A stretch of 63,973 bases of DNA, filler included, from Phoronis australis (lineage: Eukaryota > Animalia > Phoronida): the NCBI GenBank assembly GCA_002633005.1. It is 4 parts of 4 records of this genome, joined end to end, with 100 filler letters (N's around TTAATTAATTAA, not from the genome) between each part and the next. Parts side by side here need not be neighbours in the genome. Positions count along the whole stretch, not along the records: positions 20,147 to 44,982 come from NMRA01000389.1; positions 45,083 to 60,518 come from NMRA01000006.1; 2 more parts are not named here. One strand, given 5' to 3'. The notes under the pieces are model-generated. The model saw only the letters and a list, made by a program, of their open reading frames with translations, was not told the DNA's origin and ran no database searches. The position numbers and the translations under genes are program-made. This document shows positions 38,267 through 50,767 of this stretch, piece after piece. Positions within the stretch are counted from its first letter, which is position 1. Every line of letters starts with the position of its first letter.

Positions 38267-41200
38267 AACGCTATGTATTCAACAGCTGTGCACAGGAACC
38301 TACAGAAGGGATTGACATGTATGTCAACAGACTTCGGAAACTTAGTGCAACGTGTAAATACGGGACGCTTCTGAATGAGATGATAAGAGACCGAATTGTA
38401 ATAGGGATGCGAGACTCCACTTTGCGTGCTAGGTTATTGAGTGAGAAAGATTTAACACTGGAGAAGTATATAGACACGTGTCGAGCGAGTGACATGTCGA
38501 CACAGCAATTGCAAGCCATTGACGGGGAGGTGGAGACAGTCCATGCTGTGAATCCCAAAAGACGAAGCAAAACAAAAATCAAGGCAGCAGAATCTGAGCA
38601 AAAGGCAGAGGCAAGGTCGGAGCAGAACATTCATACAGACTGTGATTACTGCCAGACAACTCACCCCAAGCGCAAATGTCCTGCCTGGGGCAAGCAGTGC
38701 AAGAAATGTGGTAAAAGCAACCATTTCGCCAGTGTGTGCAGGTCGAGGGCAACTGCAGTCCACCGGATAGATGATCCAGAACCCGAAGATAGTGACTCAG
38801 AGTCGTCAGTTTTCGCGGTTGATGATGGCCGAACCAAATATCTGGTAGAACCTCTGGTCAGATACAAGCGAAGCGATGCCTGGATACCGCAAGTGTTTCA
38901 GTTAGATAATTGGGCAGGCGTGAACTGCCTGCGATATGAAGATTGCTGCTGCATTGTGAACTCGAACGAGCCACTTCTAAAGAAGAGTAGCAAGAGGCTA
39001 ACATCTTACAGCGGAGATCGAGTTGAAAATGTGGGGCAGGTGACGCTGACTTTGAAAATTAACGGCCGGGAGGAGTACGTTAAATTCCAGGTGGTAAAAA
39101 ACGCTGCGTGTTCTCTGTTAAATGGCGTGACCTCAGAGAGGTTTGATCTATTGAAAGTCAACAGAGAGGTCCTCATCAGTGCAGTCAGTACCGAACTGTC
39201 GGAGGACGAGGTAGTGACAAAGTTCAAAGACGTCTTCAGCGGGTTAGGGGACCTAGGCGAGTACCACATAGAGCTAGATCCGGCTGTAAAACCGACTCAG
39301 GATGCCCCCAGGACAGTGCCCGTGGCGTTGCGTAAGGAACTTAAAGAGAAATTAGCTGACATGGAAAGACAAGAGGTTATCACCCGAGTGAATCGGCTTA
39401 CCGACTGGATAAACTCCATGGTGGCGGTGAAAAACCCAGGCAAACTAGGAATCTGTTTAGATCCGAAAGAACTGAATAAAGCAGTGAAAATACCTAAGTT
39501 CAAGCTCCCTACCTTGGAGGAAGTTAGTGCTAATCTGTCAAAAGCGAAAGTATTCAGTGTCATAGATGCTAAGGATGGATTTTTACAAATCAGATTAGAT
39601 GATGAATGTTGCATGCTCACAACTTTCAACACCCCGTTTGGGAGGTACAGATGGCTCGGTATTTCCTCGGCCCCTGAGGAATTTCAGAGAAGGGTGGTAG
39701 ACGTGTTAGATGGGTTGGACGGTGTGCAAACCATAGACGATGACATTCTTGTTTATGGCACAGGCGACAATGCAGAGGAGGCTATTAAAGAACACGATGA
39801 AAATTTGATTGCATTGCTAGAGAGATGTAGGCAGAGAAATTTCAAAATGAACAAGGCGAAGTTGCGATTCAAACTTCCGTCAGTGACATATCATGGTCAT
39901 ATGATTAGCAACGAGGGACTGAAGCCAGACTCGTCGAAGGTAGAAGCGATTCTCAAGATGAGGCGTCCAGAGGACAAGAACGCTGTGAAGAGGCTAAACG
40001 GGATGGTGAACTATTTAGCGAAATTCTGTCCACACTTGTCCACCGTCAGTGAGCCTTTAAGAAAATTGACAGCAGAGGACGCTGACTTTGTGTGGTCTGA
40101 CCAGCATGAACAGACATTTAACGTACTAAAACAGATGTTATCGGTGGCCCCAGTACTGCGATATTATAGTCTGTCAGAGGAAGTGACAGTGGAGGCCGAT
40201 AGTAGTGAGTACGGACTCGGTGCGGTGCTACTCCAAGGAGGGCAACCAGTTGCTTTTGCATCGAGAGCTTTGTCTAAAACCGAGCGCAACTACTCGCAGA
40301 TGGAAAAAGAATGTCTGGCCATCACGTTTGCATGCAATAGGTTTGAACAGTATCTTCATGGCAGAGATTATATCACTGTTCTCACAGACCACCAAAATCT
40401 GGAAACAATATTCAAGAAGACCATTCCACCTAAGCGCCTACCACGCATGAGACTAAGATTACAGATGTATCACATTAATGTGAGATACCAGCGAGGCAAA
40501 CAGATGTATGTCTCAGATGCGCTATCACGAGCAACAGCTACTGAGGCAGGAACAGCTAGAGACAGCTGTAATTACGAGATTTATAGAATTGAAGAAATTG
40601 AAAGGAGATTTGCCCAGGAGTTAGCAGCGATAGATTACTCGCAGTACCATGGAACAACTAAAAGTGCACACACTTCGCGATGAAGCGATGCAGGAACTAC
40701 TCATATTGGTCATGGAAGGATGGCCCAAAGACAAGATGCAAGTTCCACAATTATGCAGAGAATAATGGCCTTTCCGGGACAAAATATCCTGTCGAGATGG
40801 TGTTTTATACAGGGGGTCTCGCCTGTTAATTCCAACAAGTCTGCGCAAGAAAATGCCGGAAAGAGTGCACAGCAGTCACCAGGGAGCAGAAACAGCAATC
40901 CCCAAAGCAAAGGATGCAATTTTTTGGCCCCCGATCAGTCACGACATCAGGAATGTGGTGGCCACATGCGATATTTGCTTAGAAAATCAAACTCGGCAAC
41001 AGAAGGATCCGATGCACTCTCAACCAATCCCCAAAGACCGGTTTGAAATAGTTAGCAGTGACTTATTTACCATTCACGGGGTAGACTACTTGGTCATAGT
41101 GGATCATTTCTCAAAGTTTTATGAGATTGTTCAAGTCAGTGACACAACTGCAGAAACCATCCTAAGTGAGTTGAAACAATAGTTTGCTAGACACGGGATA

Positions 41201-41720
41201 CCGAAACTTTTTATATCCGATAATGGTCCGCAATACCAGTGCCAACAGTTTAGAGAGTTTGTTGAAGCCTGGGAGTTCATAAACCACACTTTGTCGCCGC
41301 ATTATCCTAGGGGAAATGGCACAGCCGAGGCTGCGGTCAAAGTGGTGAAAAACAAGATGGAACTGGTTTCTGGTTGGCCATCCTAGAACACCGCAATACC
41401 CCGGCTGCAGACAACACAGGAAGTGCAGCACAGAAGCTAATGAGTCGCAGAACAAGAACCCTCATTCCAGTTAGTGCTAGCAGACTGGAAGCCAAAGTGG
41501 TACCAAAGGACCAGGTATTTCAGTAGCAAGTGGTCCAGAAACAAAAGGCAAAGAAGTTCTTCGACAAAGGAGCTACCTCCACTAATTGTTGGTCAACCTG
41601 TACGTACGAAACTTAGGCCGCCTAGACCGCAGGGAAAATCGTAGAGAAATTAACTCCCATGTCCTACCTGGACGAGCATGAGAGCAGGGTCTATAGGCGA
41701 AACAAAAACCATCTTAGGCC
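37964..41720 (+). pseudogene. gag-pol polyprotein with frameshifts and stops
   Basis: Gag with two Cys-His knuckles (CDYCQTTHPKRKC, CKKCGKSNHFASVC), degenerate protease FQLDNWA, RT IDDDILVYG and RNase H EADSSEYGLGAVLLQ. The integrase has HSSHQG..CDIC, SDLFT, SDNGPQY and NGTAEAAVK split across frames. The main open stretch is 38191-40683. Confidence 0.93.
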
Positions 41721-42187
41721 CAGTGCCGAGGTCGCCACTTCAAACCAGCCTCAACTGGTGGTGGATCCAGCAACTCCAGAATCGCATAGCGCTCCAGCCA
41801 ATGAGCGTTCACCACCTACAGAGGGCAGCTCCATACTACCGCCCGTGCAAGGAAGCCCTGTACCCACACCCGTCAAGTTGAGCCCGGCACTACCTCTCGT
41901 CAGGACAAGCAACCCTCTGACTCAAGACGAGATGCCTCGGGATGGTTACACCACTCGTTCCGTAAAAGCTACAAAAAATAGTTACCGACAGGTCGTAACT
42001 CAAAAAGTGATCTTACTTTTGCTCAAAGGGCCAGAATAAGTGAAAGAGAATTATCTGCACTGTTATACTTCAGGTGTTCATGATGTTTTAGATATATGTA
42101 GTTTTTCTTTATTTCAAACATGTTTCAATTTGCCAGTTGTTGTTCATATGTTGTAGTTGCTAATTTTGTTAGGTGGAGAAGAAAAGA

Positions 42188-42278
42188 TGTTAGTAACGAC
42201 CCATGGTGGAACTTGTAGAAATCGAATAAAGCACTTCCGCTATAGTCATTTCAACGTGTTCTCTGATGCTTCCTAACA
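42188..42278 (+). repeat. 3' LTR, 91 bp
   Basis: TG...CA ends, internal AATAAA, preceded by the PPT and followed by the TSD. Confidence 0.92.
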
Positions 42279-44224
42279 CAGCTCACATTTTCTCAAAAAT
42301 CATAGTATTTAACAAAAGAAAGAGCTCATTGATAGTAAAACAGCGGTCACAATAACAAGGTCGAATTTACTTAAACGCTAAATTTTCCAGAAGTGATCTA
42401 GGAAATACTCTTAATATTCTAAAATATGATCACTTCATTTTCGTTTTGTGAACTCCGTTTAAATATTGGTATTTAATTTTTTTACATAAATGTAAACAGC
42501 TATTTCTGAGATTAATTTAAATATTCAATCTGAGAGAGAAATATAGAGACATTTTAGGATCATACAAGACCTGAACAAGGCACCCTGACCTCGCTACCAC
42601 TGGAAGAGAAACTAAGATGTCGCCGATAATCGACACAAAATAAAACCGGAGACGGAAAGGTAAAAAAGACCCGCCAGTTGCACTTCCGTGCGAGCGCACG
42701 CTGTGAGATGCTGTCTTTCCAGATACATGAAGGACGATAGTGCTGATTAAATTGTGTTATTGATAACATTTGGGTCTTTCATTTACAGCTCTCCACCGGT
42801 GACAACTGTGTGGTTTCCAGATTATTGTAATAGTTCTTAAGGGTTGACTGTATTTTTTGTACTCTGGGTTGTACTCAAGTATTAGCGTTTGGATGTGATG
42901 ACGCACATGTATTTCAAATGAATAGATCTCTATACATCCATCAAATCTATTGCACTAGACATTTGTTGTAGGTCTTCGGGGTACAATTGTGCAGACGCTA
43001 GCCCTCTTTCTAATCCCGACTGACAATTGCACTAACACACTAATACAAGCCCTAACATACTAAAACAACGGCATGACTGAACCCAAATTAAGTTCAAGAC
43101 CCCCAAAATGCATGCTGAATGGTGTTAATTGAATTCCTTTGCAGATTTCACAGGCAGAATCAGTATTGAAAACAATTGATTTGTCGACTATTTGTAAATT
43201 TTATTAATACACGTTTTTATCTATTTACACGCTTTACCCATACCCACGATGATACGTTGGGACCTACGGATATCCAAAACGGAAGAAGTAAAGAAACGTT
43301 GCTTACGTTTCATACTGTATTGGTATAAATAAGACACAGCTTGATACTCGGAAGGTTCTCAAGTGTTATAACGCCTATAATTCAACAAATTAGGGTCCTG
43401 TCAAGCCAAAGGTTCACAAATCCGACTGAAAGGAATGCTAGTTAGTTCGACAATCTATGAGACCAGAAATTAGTGATGCAAAGTCATTGACAGGGGAGCA
43501 GCACACTTTTAGTACCAGGAAACTAAAAATGTAATTAAAAGCAACAGCTCACTGACCATTGCCAAACTTTTTGGATCCTCTCGAGAGGCTTTGGCTCTTC
43601 CATGAAGTAGTTTCAAACAAGACATGAATGACTATTTAATCGTCTGTGTAGTATCGCCTGCATATATCAATCATAATGGTATGTATGACCATGATCTTGT
43701 TCTGTTCTTGCTCTCAGTTGACGGTCTTTTTAAACTTCTTGCAGTACATGTATGTAGACACTATGATTACCACATGAACTTGAATATCACTATCAAGGGG
43801 GTACTGTTATGTATGTTTTTTAAAAGTTAATTGTTAGGTAATTCTATCAATATGGTGAACCTTTAAAGGCTGTGCAATAGATGGAACATTTGGTGATACC
43901 ATATTATGGATGACTGTGACATCTCACGGTAAAGGAGAAAACTATGTGTTCAAGCCTTCTGAGTAATTAGAAAATACCATATGTGTAGTCTCCCTGTCAA
44001 GAATCAGTTGCTTATCTCTTTCTGTGTTTCAATGCATAGCACGCGCCGACTGGTGGAATTTGGACATGTTCAATATCTCATATTTTTATATTCAAGTGTT
44101 TTATAACTTTTTTATAAATTTGAAGGTACTTCTGTGTACTGTTTTGAGGTTCATTATTGTAAATCGACCCTAAGATAACGTATTTACCTGTTTTGATGTC
44201 ACCTGAATGAAATTTCCAATGTCA

Positions 44225-44982
44225 TTGCCTGTGGTATGAATGAATTCGACCTCAAGTTTCCTTCTACATTCGCACACGTGATCGTGCAGTTTGTAATAGG
44301 GTTTTAATTTTAAAATAGTGTTAGTATTGGTTAACTTTTGTTCAATCTATCACAATGTTAATTTTAAGCGTGAGTTTTACACGGTCAAATTTTGATGCTG
44401 TTTACATTTACTCAAAATATATCTGCAATAAAAATTATCGTATCCCATCATACCTACATGTTTCTATCGAGTATCAACCAAGCAGTCGCCTGGGTTTATG
44501 TTGGAGCAAAGCATGCATGTGGTGGACTGGACGTTATGGGTTCAACACGAGGTGATTGCCGTCAAAACCTTCAAAATGTGCGTTGGTTACTAAATAAGTG
44601 TCACACGAAGGATATTCCACTGGACGACATCAATAACACTTTTCTGTTATCAAAAAGATTCACGGAACAGCCATGACATTGCTTAATATACATGGCAGGA
44701 TATCCGGCAACGGACACAGCAAAGTACTAACCTATTTTGAAGTCTTTGCCTGTGGTATGAATAAATCCTTCTAAAACGGGTACATTGTCGAGTAAGTCAC
44801 TGTGTCCATTCAACACACAGTCGTGCAGTAATAGGGTTTTTATTTTGAAATAGTTTTAGTATTAGTTACCTTTTGTTAAATCTATCACTATATTTTATTT
44901 TAGGCGTGAGATTTACATGGCCCATATTTCATGCTGTTGTCTTACATTTACTCAAAATATTTCTGCAATCAACTTAGTTGTC
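44225..44982 (+). repeat. diverged direct repeat of ~220 bp at ~520-bp spacing
   Basis: ttgcctgtggtatgaat ... tcgtgcagt..taatagggtttt ... ttacatttactcaaaatat.tctgcaat occurs at ~44225-44440 and ~44746-44982. Confidence 0.8.
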
Positions 44983-45082
44983 NNNNNNNNNNNNNNNNNN
45001 NNNNNNNNNNNNNNNNNNNNNNNNNNTTAATTAATTAANNNNNNNNNNNNNNNNNNNNNNNNNNNNNNNNNNNNNNNNNNNN
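44983..45082. other. assembly spacer
   Basis: Ns with TTAATTAATTAA linker. Confidence 0.97.
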
Positions 45083-45766
45083 CAGGAAGGGACAACTAGC
45101 TAAACCGCTGTTTTTAGTCTCCTTCCCCAGACTAATTTCAGGAATTATGTTTCATTTTAAAGAAAACAGTTGATTTCATCAGAAAGAGTAAAGCTTTTTC
45201 CATTGAACAATTTCCATAAAATTACTTTTCAACTTTAAAAAGCGGTGTAATTGTGCTTTGAAAATATCGAATTCAGTGCATTCAATCGCAACTTCCCACA
45301 TGCACTCACGGGTATTACGCTTTTCCGTCTATGTATAGATGGCGCAGTAGTCAAGTACTCCCTCATTAGCATATCAAATTTGCATGCTGTAAATGAGAGT
45401 TTTCGATATTCTAGTCAGTTGTTAATGAAAATGGTGTCCTTACGTGAGTTAGTGGTAGATAAAGTGACAAAAGAATCTCGCTGTGACGGATTTTATCCAG
45501 CAAGGAAAGTTCTGTGAGACACGTTTGCCTCGACTCCGTTTAGTGAATTAGTAATATTTGAGGAGTTGTGCGGCCTCTTCAATTAAATAAAGCGGAATGT
45601 AGAGGATCGAATCGCCAGGAAACCGGTGACGAAGAGCTAAGCCGGCGTACTGATTCGTGCTGATTGTGGTCATGCTTTGCGTAAGGGAAAGTTCACGAAA
45701 CTTTTATTCGGCCAGATGAATTCTCTGTTGCCAGAATTGGACTTGATGAGTAAATATGTCACTGAC

Positions 45767-45922
45767 TTGCGATGCGTCAGCCGTGCAGTGTGCAATGCTG
45801 CTTTTTGTAAATGCACCGTGAGTCCTAGGCGGCTCCGTCACCGTGTAGTCCGCTGCTAGTACCAGTACAGCCACTGCCAGCACTGACAACACCAGTGTCG
45901 GAAGTACAGTAGACGGAATCAT
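45767..45922 (-). CDS. probable first coding exon of a secreted or membrane protein (signal peptide)
   Basis: MIPSTVLPTLVLSVLAVAVLVLAA hydrophobic leader, aaaATG context, CAA|GTCAGT donor and upstream CCAAT/GC boxes. Family not recognised. Confidence 0.55.
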
Positions 45923-45971
45923 TTTCCCGGCCCCAGTTCAATTAGTTGTACATGTACCTCTGGACTCACAT

Positions 45972-45986
45972 CCCCGCCTGATTGGG
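45972..45986 (-). promoter_or_regulatory. adjacent CCAAT box and GC box
   Basis: The minus strand reads CCAATcaGGCGGG ~50-60 bp upstream of the ATG at 45922. Confidence 0.4.
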
Positions 45987-48900
45987 GTTTACATGTGGTT
46001 GAATTGGAGAGATGTTTCGTACATACAAGAAGAACTGGAGTGATGCACCATACAATCAGAAAAAAATGACTGCCGTGACCATTTCTGCTGATGAAAAAAA
46101 GAAGTAGGTTTTATTTTGATTTCCCGGGAATAAGAACATGGGATTAGGAGTTATAAAATTATTTATGTCCCTTGATTTTTATCAATGGCCACATGACACT
46201 GGGTCTAATTCTTATCAAATCATGTTATTGTCAAAACTGAATTATACTATACTTTCCTGAGTTCACTCTAAATCTAATGACCCTCGTTGCAAAGCAGGTG
46301 ACTTTCTCATCGATTGAAAACAAAACAATGTTCATGTGATTAGCTTTGCAATAGAACAGTATGCGTATCACAGGCTTCTGTTGATTTCGGGACAAGCTGA
46401 ACATAGACATATTTTAAAGATGTTATGTCTCATTAAAACTGTGAATATTTGAAGTTGTAGCAAGCACCACCTAATGACTACCTGGAGAACTGTTTGTGCA
46501 AGTTTAACCAGAAAAAGAAACAAATTGTAGATAAATTGCGGTTTAAAAGAAAACACTACAACTGATTCTGATACACGTAAAAACAAATGTGAACACACAA
46601 AAAACCCAGTAATTTCAAATACAATGCAATCGTGATTTGACAGTGAAATAAACAAATATAAAAAACTGTGCCTTGTTTCATTTGAGTAACAATGAAATAT
46701 TACTATTCATTTGCATAAAAATAGTCTCGCAAAATGAGACTTTTGCGAGATTGTAATAGTAACAGGTTCTCAGATGGTTTTCAGTATATGGTAGGACCCG
46801 GGTATGTTTGTAAATTAGTACTTCATTGGCATATTCACAATTTAATGAGACGATGCATCTTTAAAATATGTAGTTCGACTGGACCAGTGGCGGTGTTTCA
46901 ACAAGGGATTTTGAAACAGCACTAATGGCCAGGGACTTGATTACCGTACCTATCAAAAAATCATCAAAGCAAATGGCCATATTAAAAGGAACTTTTCTCG
47001 AAACTGAGTCATAATAAAACGAACTTAGAGCCAGCACAGACGGGTAGGCTCCAGCTAAGCTGTATGTCTCAAGTGAAATATAGCTGAGGTGGGCAGCGAG
47101 TAGCATTAGTTCATCGAATTTCGTATTTTCACACTTTTAGATATCAGCTACACTTTACTCAGTTAGGAATCTCCCAGCTAACCGTCAGTGCGCTGGCCTT
47201 AGGCTCATGCTTACTGTCCCTAAAATATTAGTTCACGGTTTCTCAAATCCTGATAACAGCATCCATGGGATTGACCCCTCCCCCCCCCCCCCCCCCCNAG
47301 CGAACAGGAAATGGGTTGGGGTTGGGGGAAGGTCGTGGCGATAGAGAAAGGGGATGTTATTTGGCACAGTCGAATTCATTTGTGCTCCCAATAATTGTTG
47401 CCTTCCTACACGCCTGCTCATGGATGAGACTTCCCGGCGACGTCGAGATTACCGTGGCTAAGGGCTAACGCTCATTTCTCGACTAATACCTGCTTCTAAA
47501 TCTGGTGTTAAGGCAAGTTAAAAACAAAATGACAAAGTCTCACATGCAAGCGTATTCAAATACAATCAAATGTATTTTCATTTGAAACCATATTCAATGT
47601 TCTTCGAACATTCACTAGGATCGATTTCTCATGTGACAAGCTGTTTTCTTAGAATCAGATCGGACCAATCAGGTAGAACTGCGTTTCAAGTCATACACTA
47701 TTGGCATCTGACGGTTCAAATTGGAAGCTCGCGTCGTATGACATCGTATGACGTATGAGATGCGAGTCTCATTTGCATATATCAGTGACATCTATTGGTG
47801 TAAAAAAGAGGATCTTGAACGAGTGCAAAGAGATGTCTTTTGCAAGGGTAAAACACATCATGTTCAAAGCATCCAAGGGCCACTAATACATGTATGCAGT
47901 CTTTGGGGACCGGAGTGGTGTCATTTTATAGGTGAAGAGCTAAGCTTTCAAACACAATGCTTGGGTTGCAGACAGCTTGAACATTCTCTTTTGAAATCAC
48001 TTTTGCAAACACGTTAAAATGCGCCAAAACAGTTGTCCCTTCTTGGCTATCTCTTCCTGCTATGATGTATAGCTCGCTGATAACAAATGAGTGACACACT
48101 CTTAAATGACTAAGATTGAATAATTTAACGGCATAACTTTCAAAATTCATTTTCGTGGCAAAAGCGGCTATTTTGCAGGTTTTCACTTAAGCCATTTTCG
48201 GCCAAATTTGGCACTCTGTGGCAGCTACCGTATATTACACCTTTTCAAAAACTGATTTTATAACAATTTGTTTAGTCGTTCCTAGGGTCTTCATATTTTA
48301 AAATAAAAAATCTTGCGCCTCCCGTAGTTTTTGCTTACGAAGCATTACACCAACTGCACTTCGTCCTATTTGCTAGTTCCGCAGTTGCCTCAACCACTAA
48401 TAGGGGGCCTCTTGAAACGTGTAATTACCTTCCAAAAACGACGTAAAACGTTTGTATTTTAGAGAATAAGCTATCTTTACTATTTGTTAATTGGCCAAAA
48501 CCAGGGTTTGGTATCCTTTATCTTTTTATAAGCCATTTTCCGATTTAAAACTGGCTTCTATTTTCTCCCATTATAAAAAATAAAGCGAAAACTCTTTGAA
48601 AAAAACAATGTTCTGTAAGTATTGTGAAATTTGAAAATTCCGTACAAATTCCGTTACATCGGCATGTGTTAATAACAAGACGCTTTAAGCATGTTAATCC
48701 ATGGCTGCCCACTTTGTGAGACCGAAAGTGAGTGTTGTAAATAATATTCGTTTTTGGCTTAATCAGAAGAAGAAGTTGAAAACAAAGCATGAACGGAGTT
48801 TCGATGTGGCAAGTGAACATTTAAAGTGCTTAAAATCACCTCCACTTTCATATCAAAGTCACCAAAAACAACCCCACCAATCGATCAGTTGTCAAATTAG

Positions 48901-49005
48901 AACACCTGAAACAATATCTGACGATACATCTATGTAAATTAGTTGATTCCGAAGCAGTCTGAATAGCAGGTCTGTAGAGCGTGGCCTGTAACCAGTTGTT
49001 TGAGT

Positions 49006-49100
49006 CCAAGATGGCCGTGCGTGACGTCAGACTTTCCGAGTCTATTGCAAGTATTTGTTGGTCGACACCTGCTACCCAGAATCGGGACAACCAATCACAG
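49006..49100 (+). promoter_or_regulatory. promoter-like motif cluster inside the element (YY1-like CAAGATGGC, CRE TGACGTCA, CCAAT)
   Basis: Motifs at ~49007-49015, 49022-49029 and 49091-49095, 80-170 bp upstream of the THAP ATG. Confidence 0.45.
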
Positions 49101-49178
49101 AATTAGTCATGCAGTCTTACTCTGTTGTGTTTAGTGTGAAAAGTCGTCAGATATTGCTGCTCGTTGATATAATAAAAA

Positions 49179-49298
49179 ATGGCGAGGCGTTGCGTTTGCG
49201 GTGGTTGTGACAACTCAGTATTTCACTACCCTGTGGCTCTTTTCAATGTCCCGTGGGACATCATAAAAGCGTGGATATGGCACAGGTTTGTAAAGAAA
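49179..49298 (+). pseudogene. truncated THAP domain
   Basis: MARRCVCGGCDNS..VALFNVPWDIIKAWIWHRFVKK aligns with the 796-1040 THAP. The CxxHF half is missing. Confidence 0.8.
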
Positions 49299-49983
49299 CT
49301 CTATGTCACAATGGAGCTGGGTACGCTCATACGTCACAATACTCATGTCCGTAGAGCAAAGAAACTTTCAATTTTCAAAGTTGCTGTGCTTCTGTTTTGT
49401 CGTTTTTGGGATATTGAATTCTCGGTCGTGATATCCAGTGCTATAAAGGAAGGTTTAATGATGCTGACAATGTTATCACTTGTTAAGACAAGGTAAATGG
49501 TACTGCATTCAGCACTTTAAGACAAATAATGATTTAATCACGAAGGTAAAGAGCAAATTGTACAATAACAGGACACAGCGCTCCAGGTGTGCGCGGGCGA
49601 ATCTAGCGTGCCTCACTCATCAGGAACTTAGAATGACATCTGCCGCATTAAAGTCCTTGTTGCAAACTGCCCATGTGGTTCTAGTATCCGAAAATACTTA
49701 CTACATAAAATCTTATTTTCGACACCCTTTCTTTACATTCTTTTCGCCTTTCTTGCCAAAAGCGTATTTGACCCTTTTCTCTGAGCGTATGATTACCGGT
49801 TGTCATCGGTTATTTCCGTACCCACATTTCCGGCTCATCAGTTCAGGAACTTGTCCTGAACGCCGCCATTTTTTCCTTGTAACTGAATGTGCTATGGCTT
49901 GCTCGAAAAGTCTTCATTATATTGTTTTATTAGTAATATATCGTGATTCGTTTGCATATGTAGTGTATTTATAGTTTGTAGTT

Positions 49984-50767
49984 NNNNNNNNNNNNNNNNN
50001 NNNNNNNNNNNNNNNNNNNNNNNNNNNNNNNNNNNNNNNNNNNNNNNNNNNNNNNNNNNNNNNNNNNNNNNNNNNNNNNNNNNNNNNNNNNNNNNNNNNN
50101 NNNNNNNNNNNNNNNNNNNNNNNNNNNNNNNNNNNNNNNNNNNNNNNNNNNNNNNNNNNNNNNNNNNNNNNNNNNNNNNNNNNNNNNNNNNNNNNNNNNN
50201 NNNNNNNNNNNNNNNNNNNNNNNNNNNNNNNNNNNNNNNNNNNNNNNNNNNNNNNNNNNNNNNNNNNNNNNNNNNNNNNNNNNNNNNNNNNNNNNNNNNN
50301 NNNNNNNNNNNNNNNNNNNNNNNNNNNNNNNNNNNNNNNNNNNNNNNNNNNNNNNNNNNNNNNNNNNNNNNNNNNNNNNNNNNNNNNNNNNNNNNNNNNN
50401 NNNNNNNNNNNNNNNNNNNNNNNNNNNNNNNNNNNNNNNNNNNNNNNNNNNNNNNNNNNNNNNNNNNNNNNNNNNNNNNNNNNNNNNNNNNNNNNNNNNN
50501 NNNNNNNNNNNNNNNNNNNNNNNNNNNNNNNNNNNNNNNNNNNNNNNNNNNNNNNNNNNNNNNNNNNNNNNNNNNNNNNNNNNNNNNNNNNNNNNNNNNN
50601 NNNNNNNNNNNNNNNNNNNNNNNNNNNNNNNNNNNNNNNNNNNNNNNNNNNNNNNNNNNNNNNNNNNNNNNNNNNNNNNNNNNNNNNNNNNNNNNNNNNN
50701 NNNNNNNNNNNNNNNNNNNNNNNNNNNNNNNNNNNNNNNNNNNNNNNNNNNNNNNNNNNNNNNNNNN
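49984..50767. other. assembly gap (784 N)
   Basis: N run. Confidence 0.99.

Larger units (their letters stand above)
37015..42278 (+). mobile_element. Ty3/Gypsy LTR retrotransposon, Mag-clade-like, near full length but defective
   Basis: TGTTAG..CTAACA termini, 5-bp TSD CAGCT (37010-37014, 42279-42283), PPT AGGTGGAGAAGAAAAGA (42171-42187) and gag-PR-RT-RH-IN domain order. Confidence 0.95.
20500..43625 (+). repeat. long-period tandem array: about 9-11 diverged ~1.9-kb units with internal deletions and nested TE insertions
   Basis: Anchor ggataaccaaaacgg (or a variant) recurs at ~21602, 24631, 25643, 27976, 29924, 32477, 34201, 36118 and 43269. Anchor gacctcgccaccactggca..aaagatgtcgctgaacc recurs at ~20810, 23855, 26910, 28375, 31110, 33600, 35410 and 42590. 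All copies have the same orientation. Confidence 0.9.
48825..49516 (+). mobile_element. non-autonomous Kolobok-like element (692 bp) with truncated THAP ORF
   Basis: TTAA on both sides (48821-48824, 49517-49520), termini AGTGCT..AGCACT (8/9-bp TIR) and an internal THAP start. Confidence 0.7.

Noticed and set aside
47229-47460. Possible TAG..CTA MITE with imperfect inverted ends
   Set aside because: The inverted repeats are weak, there is no TSD and an n lies inside, so support is too thin.
49820-49875. Minus-strand CTGATGA-GCCG-GAAA as a third hammerhead
   Set aside because: There is no helix II or helix III/UH geometry. It is better explained by YY1 (AAAATGGCGG) and ETS (CCGGAA) like motifs.
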